DNA of 64,000 nt from Actinomycetota bacterium (lineage in GTDB: Bacteria > Actinomycetota > UBA4738 > HRBIN12), in contig BPGL01000001.1 of NCBI GenBank assembly GCA_026003015.1, forward strand, positions 1,006,717-1,070,716, given 5' to 3'. Under the pieces are notes generated by a model. It did no database searches. It had not been told where the DNA came from and saw only the letters and a program-made list of their open reading frames with translations. The position numbers and the translations under genes are program-made. This document shows, piece by piece, positions 50,034 to 64,000 of this stretch (its first letter is position 1; each line of letters opens with the position of its first letter).

Positions 50034-50477
50034 CTACCCGCTCGGCGCGATCAGCTCGACCGACCCACCGGCCGCCTCGATCTTCGCCCGGGCGCCGGCC
50101 GAGACCGCGTGGGCCTTCACCACGAGGGCCTTGTCGAGCTCGCCGCGCCCCAGGACCTTGACGGGGCGGCCCTTGCGCGCCAGCCCGTGTGCGTACAGGG
50201 CCTCGGGGGTGACCTCGCCGTCGAAGTACCGCGCCAGCAGCTCGACGTTGACCGGCGCGTAGGCGACCCGGCTCGGATTGCGGAAGCCCTTGGCCTTGGG
50301 CACCCGGCGCTGCAGGGGCATCTGTCCGCCCTCGAAGCCCGGGCGGATCTGCTTGCGGGCCCCGGTGCCCTTCGTGCCGCGCCCCGCCGTCTTGCCTCGG
50401 GCGCCGGCGCGCCCCCGCCCGACGCGGGTGCGCTCCTTCGTCGCGCCATCGGCCGGCCGCAGGTGGTGGAGCTTCAT
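50034..50477 (-). CDS. rplO: 50S ribosomal protein L15
   Basis: [23 protein letters not shown]. Confidence 0.98.
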   Translation of the reverse strand: MKLHHLRPADGATKERTRVGRGRAGARGKTAGRGTKGTGARKQIRPGFEGGQMPLQRRVPKAKGFRNPSRVAYAPVNVELLARYFDGEVTPEALYAHGLARKGRPVKVLGRGELDKALVVKAHAVSAGARAKIEAAGGSVELIAPSG

Positions 50478-50668
50478 CGCGCCTCACCCTCCAACTCCTC
50501 GACCACAACGAGGTGACGCACCTTGGCGATCATCCCGCGGATCTCCGGCCGGTCCTCCTTCACGACCGTATCGTGCAGGTGGCGCAGGCCGAGGCGGCGG
50601 ACCGTGTCCTTCTGGTTGCGCGGGCGCCCGATGGCGCTTCGGACCTGGGTCACGCGCAGCCGGCTCAT
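50474..50668 (-). CDS. rpmD: 50S ribosomal protein L30
   Basis: [27 protein letters not shown]. Confidence 0.97.
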   Translation of the reverse strand: MSRLRVTQVRSAIGRPRNQKDTVRRLGLRHLHDTVVKEDRPEIRGMIAKVRHLVVVEELEGEAR

Positions 50669-51300
50669 CGTCTCCCCCGAGATCCGGTCGAGGCCGGCGC
50701 GACGTCCTGAACCCCGTACTGCTCGGCGAGCGCCTCGGCACGCGCAGCGGTGATGCGCTCCTCGGCGGCCCGAACGGCGTCGAGCATGGCGCGCGGCGCC
50801 ACCTCGTGGACGTCGCGGCCCCGCAGCTCGGCGATCTCCTGCGGGCGACGCAGGCTCTGCAGCCCTGCGACCGCCGCCTTCAGGATGTTGATCTGGTTGG
50901 AGGAGCCCATCGACTTCGACAAGATGTCCTTGATCCCGGCGCACTCGACGAGGGCTCGCACGGGGCCGCCCGCGATCACGCCGGTCCCCGGCGCGGCGGG
51001 CTTGAGCAGGACCACGCCGGCGCCGGCCTCCCCCACGACCTCGTGGGGGATCGTCGTTCCCATCATCGGGACCTCGAACATCTTCCTGCGGGCCTCCTCG
51101 ACGCCCTTGGCGATCGCGGCCGGAACCTCCTTGGCCTTGCCGTAGCCGACGCCGACGCGACCGGCTCCGTCACCGACGACGACGAGGGCGGCGAAGGAGA
51201 AGCGGCGGCCGCCCTTCACGACCTTGGCGACCCGGTTGATCGAGATCACCCGCTCCTCGTACGGGCTCTTCTCGTCGCTCCTCACGTCGTAGCGTCGCAT
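50665..51300 (-). CDS. rpsE: 30S ribosomal protein S5
   Basis: [23 protein letters not shown]. Confidence 0.98.
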   Translation of the reverse strand: MRRYDVRSDEKSPYEERVISINRVAKVVKGGRRFSFAALVVVGDGAGRVGVGYGKAKEVPAAIAKGVEEARRKMFEVPMMGTTIPHEVVGEAGAGVVLLKPAAPGTGVIAGGPVRALVECAGIKDILSKSMGSSNQINILKAAVAGLQSLRRPQEIAELRGRDVHEVAPRAMLDAVRAAEERITAARAEALAEQYGVQDVAPASTGSRGRR

Positions 51301-51653
51301 CAGATCTGCAGTCCTCCCTCGCGTGCGCCCTCGGCGAGGGCGGCGACCCGTCCGTGGTAGAGGCGCCCTCCGCGATCGAAGACCGCACGCTCGATGCCGG
51401 CACCGCGGGCCCGCTCGGCGATCAGGCGACCCACGGCGTGAGCGGCCTGGACCTTCGTGCCGGCCGGGCCGGCGAGCTCCAGGTCGCTCGCCTGGGCGAG
51501 CGTCACGGCCGCGCCGTCGTCGATCAGCTGCGCGTAGATGTGCCGGTTCGACCGGAACACGGCCAGGCGTGGCCGCTCCCGGGTCCCCGAGATCTTCTTG
51601 CGAACCCGGGCGTGACGGCGCAGCCGCGCCTGGCGCTTGGCGCGCGCGTCCAT
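51300..51653 (-). CDS. rplR: 50S ribosomal protein L18
   Basis: [26 protein letters not shown]. Confidence 0.98.
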   Translation of the reverse strand: MDARAKRQARLRRHARVRKKISGTRERPRLAVFRSNRHIYAQLIDDGAAVTLAQASDLELAGPAGTKVQAAHAVGRLIAERARGAGIERAVFDRGGRLYHGRVAALAEGAREGGLQI

Positions 51654-52204
51654 CACCCGGCCCCTCCCTTCGCCGCCTTTCCGGCCTTCTTGCGCACGTA
51701 CTCGTCCTCGTAGCGGATGCCCTTGCCCTTGTACGGCTCGGGCTTGCGGATCTTGCGGATGTTGGCGGCGACCTCGCCGACCAGCTCCTTGTCGTTGCCC
51801 CGCACCACGATCGAGGTCGGGCTCGGAACCTCGAACTCGACCCCCTCGGGCCGCGGCACGGCGACGGGATGGGAGTATCCCACCTGCAGCTCCAGGTCGT
51901 TGCCCTTCAGGCTGGCCCGGTACCCCACGCCGACGATCGCCAGACGCTTCTCGAAGCCCTGGGTGACGCCCTGGACCATGTTCGCGAGCAACGTGCGGGT
52001 GAGGCCGTGGAGGCTCCGATGGAAGCCCTCGTCGTCGGGGCGCTCGACCCGGATCACCCCTTCGTCCAGGACGATGCGCATGTCGGGGTGCAGCGACCGC
52101 GACAGCGTCCCGCGCGGGCCGGACACCGTCACCCGGTTGCCCTCGTCGATGCGGACCTCCACGCCCGCGGGCAGCTCGATCGGTCGGCGTCCGATCCGGC
52201 TCAT
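51653..52204 (-). CDS. rplF: 50S ribosomal protein L6
   Basis: [22 protein letters not shown]. Confidence 0.98.
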   Translation of the reverse strand: MSRIGRRPIELPAGVEVRIDEGNRVTVSGPRGTLSRSLHPDMRIVLDEGVIRVERPDDEGFHRSLHGLTRTLLANMVQGVTQGFEKRLAIVGVGYRASLKGNDLELQVGYSHPVAVPRPEGVEFEVPSPTSIVVRGNDKELVGEVAANIRKIRKPEPYKGKGIRYEDEYVRKKAGKAAKGGAG

Positions 52205-52629
52205 CACCACACCTCGGCCACGATCTCGCCCCCGACCCGTCGCCGTGCGGCCTCCCGGTCGGTCATGACCCCCTGCGAGGTCGAGACGATCGCGATCCCG
52301 AGCCCTCCGCGCACGCGGGGTAGCTCGTCGCGCCCCCGGTAGATCCGACGGCCGGGCTTGGAGATCCGCCGCAGCCCCGTGATCGTCCGCTGCTTGCGGG
52401 GTCCGTACTTCAGCCGGATCCGGAAGGCGGCCCCGACGCCCTCGCCCACGCGCTCGTAGCCGTCGATGAAGCCCTCGCGGTCCAAGATGTCGAGGATCGC
52501 CGCGGCGGCCTTCGAGACCGGAGCGTACGTCTCCTGCTTGTAGGCGAGGTTGGCGTTGCGGATCCGCGTGAGCAGGTCCGCGATCGGGTCGGAGACGCTC
52601 GAGAACCGGGGGGCGCTCGCGTTCACCAT
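52204..52629 (-). CDS. rpsH: 30S ribosomal protein S8
   Basis: [40 protein letters not shown]. Confidence 0.97.
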   Translation of the reverse strand: MVNASAPRFSSVSDPIADLLTRIRNANLAYKQETYAPVSKAAAAILDILDREGFIDGYERVGEGVGAAFRIRLKYGPRKQRTITGLRRISKPGRRIYRGRDELPRVRGGLGIAIVSTSQGVMTDREAARRRVGGEIVAEVW

Positions 52630-52808
52630 GACGCCTTCGTCACCCCCGGCAGCTCGCCCAGGTGCGCAAGCTCGCGGAAGCAGATCCGACACAGCATGAA
52701 GCGACGGTACACGGCTCGGGCGCGGCCGCACCGGGCGCAACGCGTGTAGGCGCGGACCCGGAACTTCGGGATCCGCTGCTGTTTGTTCCTGAGCGCCTTC
52801 TTCGCCAT
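52623..52808 (-). CDS. rpsN: 30S ribosomal protein S14, zinc-binding type Z
   Basis: 61 aa; RCARCGR...CRICFR. Confidence 0.97.
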   Translation of the reverse strand: MAKKALRNKQQRIPKFRVRAYTRCARCGRARAVYRRFMLCRICFRELAHLGELPGVTKASW

Positions 52809-52822
52809 CCTGCTCGGCCCCC

Positions 52823-53398
52823 TCAACCCGCCCGAACGACCGGCTCGCCCTGGAAGGGGAACCCGAGGGCCACGAGCAACGCGCGCCCCTCGTCGTCGGT
52901 GCGGGCGGTCGTCACGATCGTGATGTCCATCCCGCGCACCTTGAGCACCTTGTCGTAGTCCACCTCGGGGAAGATCAGCTGCTCGGTGACCCCCAGCGTG
53001 AAGTTCCCGCGACCGTCGAAGCCCCGGGGATCCAGACCCCGGAAGTCCCGGATCCTCGGCAGGGCCAGCGAGATCAACCGATCGACGAACTCCCACATCC
53101 GGTCGCCCCGAAGCGTGACCTTCACCCCGATCCCCATCCCCTGGCGGAGCTTGAAGCCGGCGATCGAGCGGCGCGCCCGCGTCACGACGGGGCGCTGCCC
53201 CGTGATCACCGCCAGGTCCTCGACCGCCGCGTCGAGGAGGCGTCCGTCACGGATCGCGTCCCCGACGCCCATGTTGACGACGACCTTCTCCAGGCGCGGA
53301 ACCTGCATCACGTTCGCCAGGCCGAGCTGCTCACGCAGCCGGGGGACGACCTCCTCCCGGTACCGGACCTTCAGGCGCGGCGCGTAGCCCTCGGCCAT
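52823..53398 (-). CDS. rplE: 50S ribosomal protein L5
   Basis: [37 protein letters not shown]. Confidence 0.98.
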   Translation of the reverse strand: MAEGYAPRLKVRYREEVVPRLREQLGLANVMQVPRLEKVVVNMGVGDAIRDGRLLDAAVEDLAVITGQRPVVTRARRSIAGFKLRQGMGIGVKVTLRGDRMWEFVDRLISLALPRIRDFRGLDPRGFDGRGNFTLGVTEQLIFPEVDYDKVLKVRGMDITIVTTARTDDEGRALLVALGFPFQGEPVVRAG

Positions 53399-53736
53399 CA
53401 CAGCTCCGCCTCGCACCGGCGACAGACCCGGACCTTGCGACCGTCGGGCTCGACGCGATGGCCGATGCGGGTCGGTCGTCCACAGCTCGAGCAGACGATC
53501 TGCACGTTCGACACGTCGATGAAGGTCTCGATGTCGATGATGCCTCCCTGCTGGAGCTGGGTACCGCTCGTGGTGCGCCGCCCCTTGGCCCGCTGGTGCT
53601 TCTTGGCCATCGCGACGCCCTCGACCATCACCCGACCCTCACGAGGAAGGACGCGAACCACGCGGCCCTCCTTGCCTCGGTCCTTGCCCGAGCGAACCCG
53701 GACGACGTCGTCCTTACGGATATCGAGACCCGGCAT
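53398..53736 (-). CDS. rplX: 50S ribosomal protein L24
   Basis: [12 protein letters not shown] motif, VEGV, QGGII, SNV. Confidence 0.96.
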   Translation of the reverse strand: MPGLDIRKDDVVRVRSGKDRGKEGRVVRVLPREGRVMVEGVAMAKKHQRAKGRRTTSGTQLQQGGIIDIETFIDVSNVQIVCSSCGRPTRIGHRVEPDGRKVRVCRRCEAEL

Positions 53737-53738
53737 CG

Positions 53739-54110
53739 CTACAGCACCTCGGGGGCAAGGGAGACGATCTTCATGAACCGCTTCTCGCGGAGCTCTCTCG
53801 CGACCGGACCGAAGATCCGCGTCCCCCTGGGGTTCTTCGCGTCGGCCGTGAGGAGCACGACCGCGTTGTCGTCGAAGCGGATGTAGGAGCCGTCGGGTCG
53901 GCGACGCTCCTTCGCGGTACGAACGACCACCGCCTTGACCACATCGCCCTTCTTCACCCCGGCGTTCGGGAGGGCGTCCTTCACGGTCCCGACGATCACG
54001 TCGCCGATCCCGGCGTAGCGGCGACCCGAACCGCCCAGCACGCGGATGCACAGGACCTCACGGGCGCCCGTGTTGTCCGCGACCTTGCAGCGGGTTTCCT
54101 GCTGGATCAC
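53739..54110 (-). CDS. rplN: 50S ribosomal protein L14
   Basis: [32 protein letters not shown]. Confidence 0.98.
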   Translation of the reverse strand: MIQQETRCKVADNTGAREVLCIRVLGGSGRRYAGIGDVIVGTVKDALPNAGVKKGDVVKAVVVRTAKERRRPDGSYIRFDDNAVVLLTADAKNPRGTRIFGPVARELREKRFMKIVSLAPEVL

Positions 54111-54373
54111 TTCGCCCTCTCGACGATCTCCACGACCCGCCAACGCTTCGTCTTCGAAAGCGGCCGGGTCTCCATCACGCGCACACGGTCCCCCACGCGA
54201 GCCTCGTTCGACTCATCGTGGGCCGCGAGCTTCGAGGAGCGGCGCACGGTCTTGCCGTACAGCGGATGGCGGACCCGGCGGTCGATCCGCACGACGACCG
54301 TCTTGTCCATCGCGTCCGATACGACCACCCCGGTGCGGACCTTCCGCCGCCCGCGCTCGCTCGATGCGCTCAC
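54107..54373 (-). CDS. rpsQ: 30S ribosomal protein S17
   Basis: [28 protein letters not shown]. Confidence 0.98.
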   Translation of the reverse strand: MSASSERGRRKVRTGVVVSDAMDKTVVVRIDRRVRHPLYGKTVRRSSKLAAHDESNEARVGDRVRVMETRPLSKTKRWRVVEIVERAK

Positions 54374-54618
54374 CGCCCCTCCCCTTCGGTCGCCCGTTCG
54401 AGCGCTTCGAGCTCGCGCTCGAGCTCGCGCTCCCGCAGGATCGTGAGGATCCGGGCGACGTCGCGGCGCACCTGCGTCAACCGCGCGGTGTTGTCCAGCT
54501 GCCCGGTGGCGAGCTGGAAGCGGAGGTTGAACAGCTCCTCCTTGGCCGCCTCGGCACGCGCCACGAGCTCCGCGTCGTCCAGGCCTCGCAGCTCCGCCGC
54601 TCGCTCGGTCACGCTCAC
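54370..54618 (-). CDS. rpmC: 50S ribosomal protein L29
   Basis: [25 protein letters not shown]. Confidence 0.97.
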   Translation of the reverse strand: MSVTERAAELRGLDDAELVARAEAAKEELFNLRFQLATGQLDNTARLTQVRRDVARILTILRERELERELEALERATEGEGR

Positions 54619-55027
54619 TCACCCACCCGCCGGATGAACTTCGTCTTGATCGGCAGCTTGTGCTGCGCACGGCTCATCGCCGCCCGCGCGACGTCGTCGG
54701 GGACCCCCGCGAGCTCGAACAGCACGCGCCCGGGCTTGACGACCGCGACCCAGCCCTCCGGGTTGCCCTTGCCGGAGCCCATCCGGGTCTCCGCCGGCTT
54801 CTTCGTGTAGGGCTTGTCGGGGAAGATGGTGATCCAGACCTTGCCACCCCGGCGGATGTGGCGCGTGATCGCGACCCGCGCGGACTCGATCTGGCGGTTC
54901 GTGATCCACGCCGGCTCCAGCGCCACGATCCCGTAGTCCCCGTACTGGATCTCGGTGTGGCCCTTGGCCTTCCCGCGCATCCGTCCGCGGTGCACCTTGC
55001 GGTGCTTCACCTTCTTGGGCGCCAGCA

Positions 55028-55028
<1 letters not shown>
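54615..55028 (-). CDS. rplP: 50S ribosomal protein L16
   Basis: QIESAR, IFPDKP, RMGSGKG, KLPIKT. Confidence 0.98.
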
Positions 55029-56014
<986 letters not shown>

Positions 56015-56362
56015 CTAGCCCACCTCTCCCATCGTCTGCACCACGACCGTCACGTGCGAGGTCCGCTTGCGGATCCGCGTCGCCCGCCCGTAGGCGCGCG
56101 GACGGTACCGCTTGAGCGTCGGCCCCTCGTCCACCCAGGCGCGGGCGACGACGAGGTTGTCCGCGACGACGCCCGGCTGCTGCTCCGCGTTCGCGATCGC
56201 CGAGTCCAACAGCTTCTCGACGTCGCGCGAGGCGCCGAGCCCCGAGAAGCGCAGGATCCTGCGCGCCTCCTCGACGTGCTGGCCGCGGATCAGGTCTACC
56301 ACCCGCCGCATCTTCCGCGGAGACGTCCGAACGTACTTGACCGTCGCTCTCGCCTCGGCCAT
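56015..56362 (-). CDS. rplV: 50S ribosomal protein L22
   Basis: SPRKMR, SAIANA, VDEGPTLKR, KRTSH. Confidence 0.98.
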   Translation of the reverse strand: MAEARATVKYVRTSPRKMRRVVDLIRGQHVEEARRILRFSGLGASRDVEKLLDSAIANAEQQPGVVADNLVVARAWVDEGPTLKRYRPRAYGRATRIRKRTSHVTVVVQTMGEVG

Positions 56363-56363
56363 C

Positions 56364-56645
56364 TCACCTCACCCCGGACCTTCGCTCGTCCTTGGAGTGC
56401 GATCGGAACGTCCGCGTCGGCGCGAACTCGCCGAGCTTGTGCCCGACCATGGCCTCGGAGATGAACACGGGGACGTGCTTGCGTCCGTCGTGCACCGCGA
56501 TCGTGTGCCCGACCATCTCGGGCACGATCGTGGACCGGCGCGACCAGGTCCGGATGACCCGCTTGTCGCCCTTGCGGTTCATCTCGTCGATCTTGCGCAG
56601 CAGGTGCTCATCGACGAACGGACCCTTCTTAACGGACCTCGGCAC
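56364..56645 (-). CDS. rpsS: 30S ribosomal protein S19
   Basis: [28 protein letters not shown]. Confidence 0.98.
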   Translation of the reverse strand: MPRSVKKGPFVDEHLLRKIDEMNRKGDKRVIRTWSRRSTIVPEMVGHTIAVHDGRKHVPVFISEAMVGHKLGEFAPTRTFRSHSKDERRSGVR

Positions 56646-57475
56646 TAGCCCCGCCCCTTCCCGCGGCGCCGCACGATGTAGCGGTTCGACGCCTTGTTCT
56701 TCTTGCGCGTCCTGCCTTCCTTCTTCCCCCAGGGCGAGGTCGGGTGTCGACCTCCGGAGGACTTCCCCTCGCCACCGCCCAGGGGGTGATCGACGGGGTT
56801 CATCGCAACCCCGCGCACCGAGGGGCGGCGCCGCTTCCAGCGAGCACGACCCGCCTTGCCGATCGCGATCAGCTCGTGCTCCGGGTTCCCGACGGCCCCA
56901 ACGGTGGCCCGGCACGCCGAGGGAACCATCCGCATCTCCCCCGACGGGAGCCGCAGGGTCGCCAGATCGCCTTCCTTGGCCATGAGCTGCACGCTGGCAC
57001 CGGCCGAACGGGCCATCCGCGCGCCGGCGCCCGGCTTGAGCTCGATCGCGTGGACGACGGTGCCGACGGGGATGTTACGCAGGGGCAGGGCGTTGCCGGG
57101 TCGGATCTCGGCGTCGGGGCCGCTCATCAGCCGGTCGCCCTGACGGACACCCTGCGGAGCGAGGATGTAGCGCTTCTCGCCGTCGGCGTAGTGCAGCAGG
57201 GCGATGCGGGCCGAGCGGTTCGGGTCGTACTCGATGTGGGCCACGGTCGCCGGCACGCCGTCCTTGTTGCGGCGGAAGTCGATCACCCGGTAGCGGCGCT
57301 TCGCGCCACCCCCCTGGTGGCGTGCCGTGATCCGCCCACGGTTGTTGCGCCCGGCCTTGTTCCGACCCTTGGCGAGCAGCGACTTCTCCGGGGTCGAGCG
57401 CGTGAGCTCCTCGAAGGTGGACACGCTCGCACCGCGGCGCCCCGGGGTCGTCGGTCGGTACTTGCGGATCCCCAT
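56645..57475 (-). CDS. rplB: 50S ribosomal protein L2
   Basis: [31 protein letters not shown]. Confidence 0.98.
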   Translation of the reverse strand: MGIRKYRPTTPGRRGASVSTFEELTRSTPEKSLLAKGRNKAGRNNRGRITARHQGGGAKRRYRVIDFRRNKDGVPATVAHIEYDPNRSARIALLHYADGEKRYILAPQGVRQGDRLMSGPDAEIRPGNALPLRNIPVGTVVHAIELKPGAGARMARSAGASVQLMAKEGDLATLRLPSGEMRMVPSACRATVGAVGNPEHELIAIGKAGRARWKRRRPSVRGVAMNPVDHPLGGGEGKSSGGRHPTSPWGKKEGRTRKKNKASNRYIVRRRGKGRG

Positions 57476-57765
57476 CAGGCACCGCCCTCGAACAGCTCGA
57501 TGGAGTCACCCTCGGCCAGCGTCACGATCGCCCGCTTCTCATCGGCCCGCTTGCCCCTCGTGAACCCCCTCCGCTTGACCTTCCCGCGACGGCGCAGGGT
57601 GTTCACCGAGGTCACGCGGACCCCCCAGATCGACTGGACGGCCTCCTTGATCTCGGTCTTGCTCGAGCGGGGGTCGACGAGGAACGTGTAGGTGTTGCGC
57701 TCGATCCCCGCGTAGGACTTCTCCGAGACGATCGGCCGGATGATCACGTCGCGAGGCGACTTCAT
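57475..57765 (-). CDS. rplW: 50S ribosomal protein L23
   Basis: [23 protein letters not shown]. Confidence 0.97.
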   Translation of the reverse strand: MKSPRDVIIRPIVSEKSYAGIERNTYTFLVDPRSSKTEIKEAVQSIWGVRVTSVNTLRRRGKVKRRGFTRGKRADEKRAIVTLAEGDSIELFEGGA

Positions 57766-58394
57766 CGGCGCTCACCGCCTTCGAGGACGTCGAGGGCTCT
57801 CGGCGTCACGAGGACGTGGTCGGCGAGCAGCACGTCGTAGACGCCGAGGCCGCCGGCGTAGGTGATCCGAACCACGGGGAGGTTGCGGAACGACTTCTCC
57901 ACCGCGCCGGTCTCGCTCGGCTCGGGCAGCACGAGCAGCGTGCGCCCCCGCAGGCCGAGGGCCTCCAGCACCTCGACCGCCCGCTTCGTCCGCGGCTCGT
58001 CCCAGGTGAGCTCCTCGACGACGACCAGCTTGCCGCTCGACAGGGCGTCGGACAGGGCACCGCGGAGGGCGGCCCGGCGCATCTTGCGGTTCACCCGCTT
58101 CGCGTGGTCGCGCGGCACCGGGCCGTGGGCGACGCCGCCGCCGGTCCACTGCGGCGCGCGGATCGACCCCTGTCGGGCCCGGCCGGTCCCCTTCTGCCGC
58201 CAGGGCTTGCGCCCGCCGCCGCGGACCTCGCCTCGGGTCTTCGTCTTGTGGGTACCGGCGCGCAGCCCCGCCAGCCCCGCCACGACGACCTGGTGGATCA
58301 GGGGCACGTTCACCGGAGCCTCGAACACCTCGGGCGCGAGCTCCCGGGTGCCCGTGGGCTTGCCGGCGAGGTCGAGAACGTCGACGGCCGGCAT
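57762..58394 (-). CDS. rplD: 50S ribosomal protein L4
   Basis: [26 protein letters not shown]. Confidence 0.98.
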   Translation of the reverse strand: MPAVDVLDLAGKPTGTRELAPEVFEAPVNVPLIHQVVVAGLAGLRAGTHKTKTRGEVRGGGRKPWRQKGTGRARQGSIRAPQWTGGGVAHGPVPRDHAKRVNRKMRRAALRGALSDALSSGKLVVVEELTWDEPRTKRAVEVLEALGLRGRTLLVLPEPSETGAVEKSFRNLPVVRITYAGGLGVYDVLLADHVLVTPRALDVLEGGERR

Positions 58395-59050
58395 CAGGCC
58401 GCCCCCTTGCGCGCCGGTGCCTTGACCGCGGAGCGAACCATCACGAGCCCGCCGGGCGGCCCGGGAACCGCGCCCCGCACGAGCAGCAGGTTCCGCTCGG
58501 GATCGACCTGCACGACCTCGAGGTTGAGCACGGTCACCCGCCGGTTGCCGTGCTGGCCGGCCATCCGCATGCCCTTGAAGACCCGGCTCGGGGTCGCGCA
58601 CGCTCCGATCGAGCCGGGCGAACGGTGCTTGCGCTCCACCCCGTGGCTCGCGCGCAGCCCGCCGAAACCGTGGCGCTTCATCACCCCGGAGAACCCCTTG
58701 CCCTTCGAAACGCCGACGACGTCGACGAGCTCCCCGGGGGAGAAGATGTCGGCGGCGATCCGTTGACCGACCTCGTAGGAACCGGCGTCGTCGGTGCGAA
58801 GCTCCACGAGGTGGCGCGCGGGCTCGACGCCGGCCTTGTCGAAGTGGCCCCGCACGGGCTTGGCCACCGAACGCGCCCGCACGGTGCCGTAGGCCAGTTG
58901 CACCGCCTCGTAGCCGTCGCGCTCGAGCGTGCGGATCTGCGTGACGACGTTCGGCCCGGCCTTGATCACCGTGACCGGGACCACGCGGGCGTCGACGAAG
59001 ATCTGGGTCATCCCCAGCTTCTCGCCCACGATGCCCTTCGTCGTCGTCAT
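58394..59050 (-). CDS. rplC: 50S ribosomal protein L3
   Basis: [24 protein letters not shown]. Confidence 0.98.
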   Translation of the reverse strand: MTTTKGIVGEKLGMTQIFVDARVVPVTVIKAGPNVVTQIRTLERDGYEAVQLAYGTVRARSVAKPVRGHFDKAGVEPARHLVELRTDDAGSYEVGQRIAADIFSPGELVDVVGVSKGKGFSGVMKRHGFGGLRASHGVERKHRSPGSIGACATPSRVFKGMRMAGQHGNRRVTVLNLEVVQVDPERNLLLVRGAVPGPPGGLVMVRSAVKAPARKGAA

Positions 59051-59054
59051 GGCC

Positions 59055-59363
59055 TCACAGCTTGATCTCGATGTCCACGCCGGCCGACAGGTTCAGCCGC
59101 TGGAGCTCCTGCACCGTCTTCGAAGTCGCGTCGACGATGTCGATCAGCCGCTTGTGCGTGAGCATCTGGAAGTGCTCGCGCGAGTCCTTGTACTTGTGCG
59201 GCGATCGGATCACCGTATAGATGTTGCGTTCGGTGGGCAGGGGCACCGGGCCGACCACCTTCGCCCCCGTCCGGGTGACGTGCTCGACGATGTCGCGCGC
59301 GGCGACGTCGAGCATCCGGTGGTCGTAGGCCCGGAGCTTGATGCGGATCTTCGGCCCTGCCAT
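59055..59363 (-). CDS. rpsJ: 30S ribosomal protein S10
   Basis: [28 protein letters not shown]. Confidence 0.98.
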   Translation of the reverse strand: MAGPKIRIKLRAYDHRMLDVAARDIVEHVTRTGAKVVGPVPLPTERNIYTVIRSPHKYKDSREHFQMLTHKRLIDIVDATSKTVQELQRLNLSAGVDIEIKL

Positions 59364-59375
59364 CCGATCCTCTCC

Positions 59376-60560
<1,185 letters not shown>

Positions 60561-60577
60561 CGTTCCCCTTCCTTCGG

Positions 60578-62737
60578 TCACTCGCCCGTCACGCGGGCGA
60601 CGATCTCCTGCGCGATCTGTGCCGGCACCTCGTGGTAGGCGTGCAGCTGCATCGGGCTGTGCGACGCCCGACCCTGCGTGCGGGAACGCAGGTCGGTGGC
60701 GTAGCCGAACAGCTCCGCGAGCGGCACCTGCACGCGGACGACCTTCATGCCGGAGCGATCGTCGATGTTCTCGATCCTGCCTCGGCGCGCCGTGACGTCG
60801 CCCATCACGTCGCCGAGGAACTCCTCCGGCGTGGTGATCTCGAACTCCATCACGGGCTCGAGGAGCACCGGACCGGCGCGTCTCGCCGCCTCCTTGAGCG
60901 CCATGGAGCCCGTGATCTTGAAGGCCATCTCCGAGGAGTCGACCTCGTGGTAGGACCCGTCGACGAGGGTCGCCCGCACGTCGACGAGGGGGTAGCCGGC
61001 CAGGACGCCGTTGTCGCAGGCTTCCTGGATCCCCTGGTCGACGGCCGGGATGTACTCACGCGGGATCTTGCCGCCGACGATCTTGTTCACGAACTCGTAG
61101 CCCCCGCCGGGACCGGTCGGCTCGAGGTCGATCACGACGTGTCCGTACTGACCCCGGCCGCCCGTCTGGCGAACGAACCGGGTCTCGACGCCGTGCACGG
61201 GGCGCGTGATCGTCTCGCGGTAGGCGACCTGCGGCTTCCCGACGTTCGCGTCGACGGAGAACTCGCGCCGGAGCCGGTCGACGATGATGTCCAGGTGCAG
61301 CTCTCCCATGCCTGAGATCACGGTCTGCCCGGTCTCCTCGTCGAAGCGCACGACGAAGGTGGGGTCCTCGTCGGCCAGGCGCTGCAGCCCGTTGCCGAGC
61401 TTGTCCTGGTCGGCCTTCGTCTTCGGCTCGACCGCGACGCTGATCACCGGGGTGGGGAAGCTGATCGACTCCAGCACGACGGGGTCGGAGGGGTCGCAGA
61501 TCGTGTCGCCGGTCGTCGCGTGCTTGAGGCCGACGACGGCCACGATGTCGCCCGTGTAGGCGGCCTCCTTGTCCTCGCGATGGTTCGCGTGCATCTGGAG
61601 GATCCGCCCGACGCGCTCCTTGCGGTCCTTCGTCGAGTTGAGCACGTGCGAGCCGCTCGTGAGGACGCCGCTGTAAACGCGGAGGTACGTGAGCCGTCCG
61701 ACGTAGGGATCCGACATGATCTTGAACGCAAGGGCGGCGAAGGGCGCTGCGTCGTCGGGCTCGCGGACCACGCGCTCGTCCTCGTTGCCCGGTCGGTGCC
61801 CCTCGACCGGCGGAACGTCCAAGGGGCTCGGCAGGTAGGCGACGATCGCATCGAGCAACGGCTGGACGCCCTTGTTCTTGAACGCGGAGCCGCACAGCAC
61901 GGGAACGCCCTGCCCTGCAAGCGTCATGGAGCGGATCGCCCGGTGGAGCTCTTCGACCGTCGGTTCCTGTTCCAAGACGAACTTCTCCATCAGGTGCTCG
62001 TCGTGCTCCGCGAGCTTCTCGAACAGCTCGTGGCGGGCGCGCGTGGCGGCCTCGCGGTACTCCTCGGGGATCTCGACGTCGCGCCAGTCCTCGCCCATCT
62101 CCCCCTCCCAGTAGTGGGCGTTGAACTGGACGAGGTCGATCACCCCGCGGTGATCGACCTCGGTCCCCCAGGGGAGCTGAAGGACGAGCGGGTTGGCCGA
62201 GAGGCGATCCACCATCATCTGGACGGTGCGCTCGAAGTTCGCGCCCGTGCGGTCCATCTTGTTCACGAACGCGATCCGAGGCACCCGGTAGCGGTCGGCC
62301 TGGCGCCATACCGTCTCGGACTGCGGCTCGACGCCGGCCACCGAGTCGAAGACCGCGACCGCGCCGTCGAGGACCCGGAGGCTCCGCTCGACCTCCACGG
62401 TGAAGTCGACGTGACCGGGGGTGTCGATGATGTTGATCCAGTGGCCCTTCCACTGGCAGGTCGTCGCCGCCGAGGTGATCGTGATGCCGCGCTCGCGTTC
62501 TTGGGCCATCCAGTCCATCGTCGCGGTGCCCTCGTGCACCTCGCCGATCTTGTAGGCCTTGCCGGTGTAGTAGAGGATCCGCTCGGTCGTCGTCGTCTTG
62601 CCGGCGTCGATGTGGGCCATGATCCCGATGTTGCGCGTGCGCGCGAGCGGGTACTCGCGGATCGCGAGTCCCTTCGAGCCCTTCCCGACGTCCTGCTGGG
62701 TCGACGCCACGTTCACCTTCTCCCGAGGGACGGCCAC
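60578..62737 (-). CDS. fusA: Elongation factor G (short N-terminal extension)
   Basis: [33 protein letters not shown]. Confidence 0.99.
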   Translation of the reverse strand: MAVPREKVNVASTQQDVGKGSKGLAIREYPLARTRNIGIMAHIDAGKTTTTERILYYTGKAYKIGEVHEGTATMDWMAQERERGITITSAATTCQWKGHWINIIDTPGHVDFTVEVERSLRVLDGAVAVFDSVAGVEPQSETVWRQADRYRVPRIAFVNKMDRTGANFERTVQMMVDRLSANPLVLQLPWGTEVDHRGVIDLVQFNAHYWEGEMGEDWRDVEIPEEYREAATRARHELFEKLAEHDEHLMEKFVLEQEPTVEELHRAIRSMTLAGQGVPVLCGSAFKNKGVQPLLDAIVAYLPSPLDVPPVEGHRPGNEDERVVREPDDAAPFAALAFKIMSDPYVGRLTYLRVYSGVLTSGSHVLNSTKDRKERVGRILQMHANHREDKEAAYTGDIVAVVGLKHATTGDTICDPSDPVVLESISFPTPVISVAVEPKTKADQDKLGNGLQRLADEDPTFVVRFDEETGQTVISGMGELHLDIIVDRLRREFSVDANVGKPQVAYRETITRPVHGVETRFVRQTGGRGQYGHVVIDLEPTGPGGGYEFVNKIVGGKIPREYIPAVDQGIQEACDNGVLAGYPLVDVRATLVDGSYHEVDSSEMAFKITGSMALKEAARRAGPVLLEPVMEFEITTPEEFLGDVMGDVTARRGRIENIDDRSGMKVVRVQVPLAELFGYATDLRSRTQGRASHSPMQLHAYHEVPAQIAQEIVARVTGE

Positions 62738-62801
62738 GGCTAGCGCGCCCCCTCCTCAGCGGAAGCCCGCCCCGAAGGGCGGGCCACGGTCTCCTCCTCG
62801 A

Positions 62802-63272
62802 TCACCACCGGTAGTGCGCGAACGCTCGGTTCGCCTCCGCCATCTTGTGCATGTCCTCGCGCCGCTTCACCGACGCGCCGGCCCCGTTCGCCGCGTCCAT
62901 GATCTCGGCGACGAGTCGCTCCGACATCGACGGCTCGCGCCGGGCCCGGGAGAAGTTCACGAGCCAGCGCAGCGCGAGCGTGGTTCCCCGCTGGGGCTTG
63001 ACCTCGACCGGCACCTGGTAGGACGCGCCGCCCACCCGTCGGGACTTGACCTCGAGCAGCGGGCGGACGTTCTCGACCGCCCGCTTCAGCGTGATCACGG
63101 GGTCGTTCGCCGTCTGCTGGCTGATCCGCTCGAGGGCGTCGTAGACGATCCGCTCGGCCACGGTCTTCTTCCCGTTCAGCAGGACCTTGTTGATCAACTG
63201 CGTCACCAGGGGGTTCTGGTAGACGGGATCGGGCGCGATCTCACGGCGGGGCGCGGGTCCCTTGCGCGGCAT
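62802..63272 (-). CDS. rpsG: 30S ribosomal protein S7
   Basis: [27 protein letters not shown]. Confidence 0.98.
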   Translation of the reverse strand: MPRKGPAPRREIAPDPVYQNPLVTQLINKVLLNGKKTVAERIVYDALERISQQTANDPVITLKRAVENVRPLLEVKSRRVGGASYQVPVEVKPQRGTTLALRWLVNFSRARREPSMSERLVAEIMDAANGAGASVKRREDMHKMAEANRAFAHYRW

Positions 63273-63273
63273 C

Positions 63274-63648
63274 TCACTCCCCGCCCTTCTTCGCGCCGTA
63301 CCGGGACCGGGCCTGCTTGCGGCCACGGACGCCGGCGGTGTCCAGGGTTCCCCGGATCACCTTGTAGCGCACGCCCGGGACGTCTCGGACCCGGCCGCCG
63401 CGCACGAGCACGATCGAGTGCTCCTGGAGGTTGTGCCCCTCGCCGGGGATGTAGGCGGTGACCTCGACGCCCGAGGACAGCCGGACGCGGGCGACCTTGC
63501 GCAGGGCCGAGTTCGGCTTCTTCGGGGTCGTGGTGTAGACACGCGTGCAGACGCCGCGCCGCTGGGGGGAGCCCTTCAGCGCGGGGCTCTTCGTCTTCGT
63601 CTTCGGGGCCTGGCGCCCCTTGCGGACGAGCTGCTGGATCGTGGGCAT
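63274..63648 (-). CDS. rpsL: 30S ribosomal protein S12
   Basis: [29 protein letters not shown]. Confidence 0.99.
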   Translation of the reverse strand: MPTIQQLVRKGRQAPKTKTKSPALKGSPQRRGVCTRVYTTTPKKPNSALRKVARVRLSSGVEVTAYIPGEGHNLQEHSIVLVRGGRVRDVPGVRYKVIRGTLDTAGVRGRKQARSRYGAKKGGE

Positions 63649-63835
63649 GGACGTCGGCACGCTTTCCGTTGTCAAACACCGGGGCCCGTGGGCGCGGTCC
63701 CATCGGGGCCGCCCACCGGACCCGCGAGCCTTCCGAGGAGGGACCGCAGGCGCGCACCGTCGCCGGTCGCGCTCGGGATGGTCCCCCTCGAGAGCGCGCA
63801 CCCGACAGGCTCGCCAGGCCGGGGCGCGAGGAACA

Positions 63836-63865
63836 ACGCTACCGGCGAGGCACGCGGCCTGTCAA
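63836..63865 (-). promoter_or_regulatory. Promoter of the str operon
   Basis: TTGACA-18 nt-TAGCGT, about 190 nt upstream of rpsL. Confidence 0.8.
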
Positions 63866-64000
63866 CCGCGGGGCACGGTCGGGTCGCCCCACGAGCGCCG
63901 GCGGACGTGATGTCCCCCATACGTCCTACTGCGCGGCTTCAGCTGCCGCCGCCGACGGTCGCTCTCCTCACCCGCGAACGCCGGAAACCGCCTTTCGGCG

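Overview
Very GC-rich bacterial chromosome segment, most likely a deep-branching Actinomycetota (inferred from gene order tsaE-tsaB-rimI-tsaD...groES-groEL, a CIRCE element, a His-tailed GroEL and many leaderless-type genes). The right half (about 30.8-63.7 kb, minus strand) is housekeeping: a contiguous str-S10-spc-alpha ribosomal superoperon, then truA, rplM-rpsI, glmM, glmS, acpS, nnr, a uracil-DNA glycosylase and the tsa genes. It is interrupted by a vWA gene, arsR-arsM and arsC, and it lacks rpsD and alr at their usual positions. Between tsaD (plus an epimerase) and groES lies a ~23 kb Wzx/Wzy-type polysaccharide locus, the best candidate for an undescribed system. It encodes six sulfotransferases, a GDP-mannose 3,5-epimerase-like enzyme, a truncated divergent pyruvate kinase, a Tat-exported GH26-like hydrolase, three beta-propeller proteins and two atypical orphan LuxR regulators. 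An APS kinase plus AlkP-family gene pair sits just beyond groEL. The groES-side border carries a perfect 38-bp direct repeat and a diverged copy of the wzc promoter/start. Frameshifts in groEL, tsaB and nnr look like sequencing/assembly indels. All product calls come from motif recognition by eye; no database search was run.
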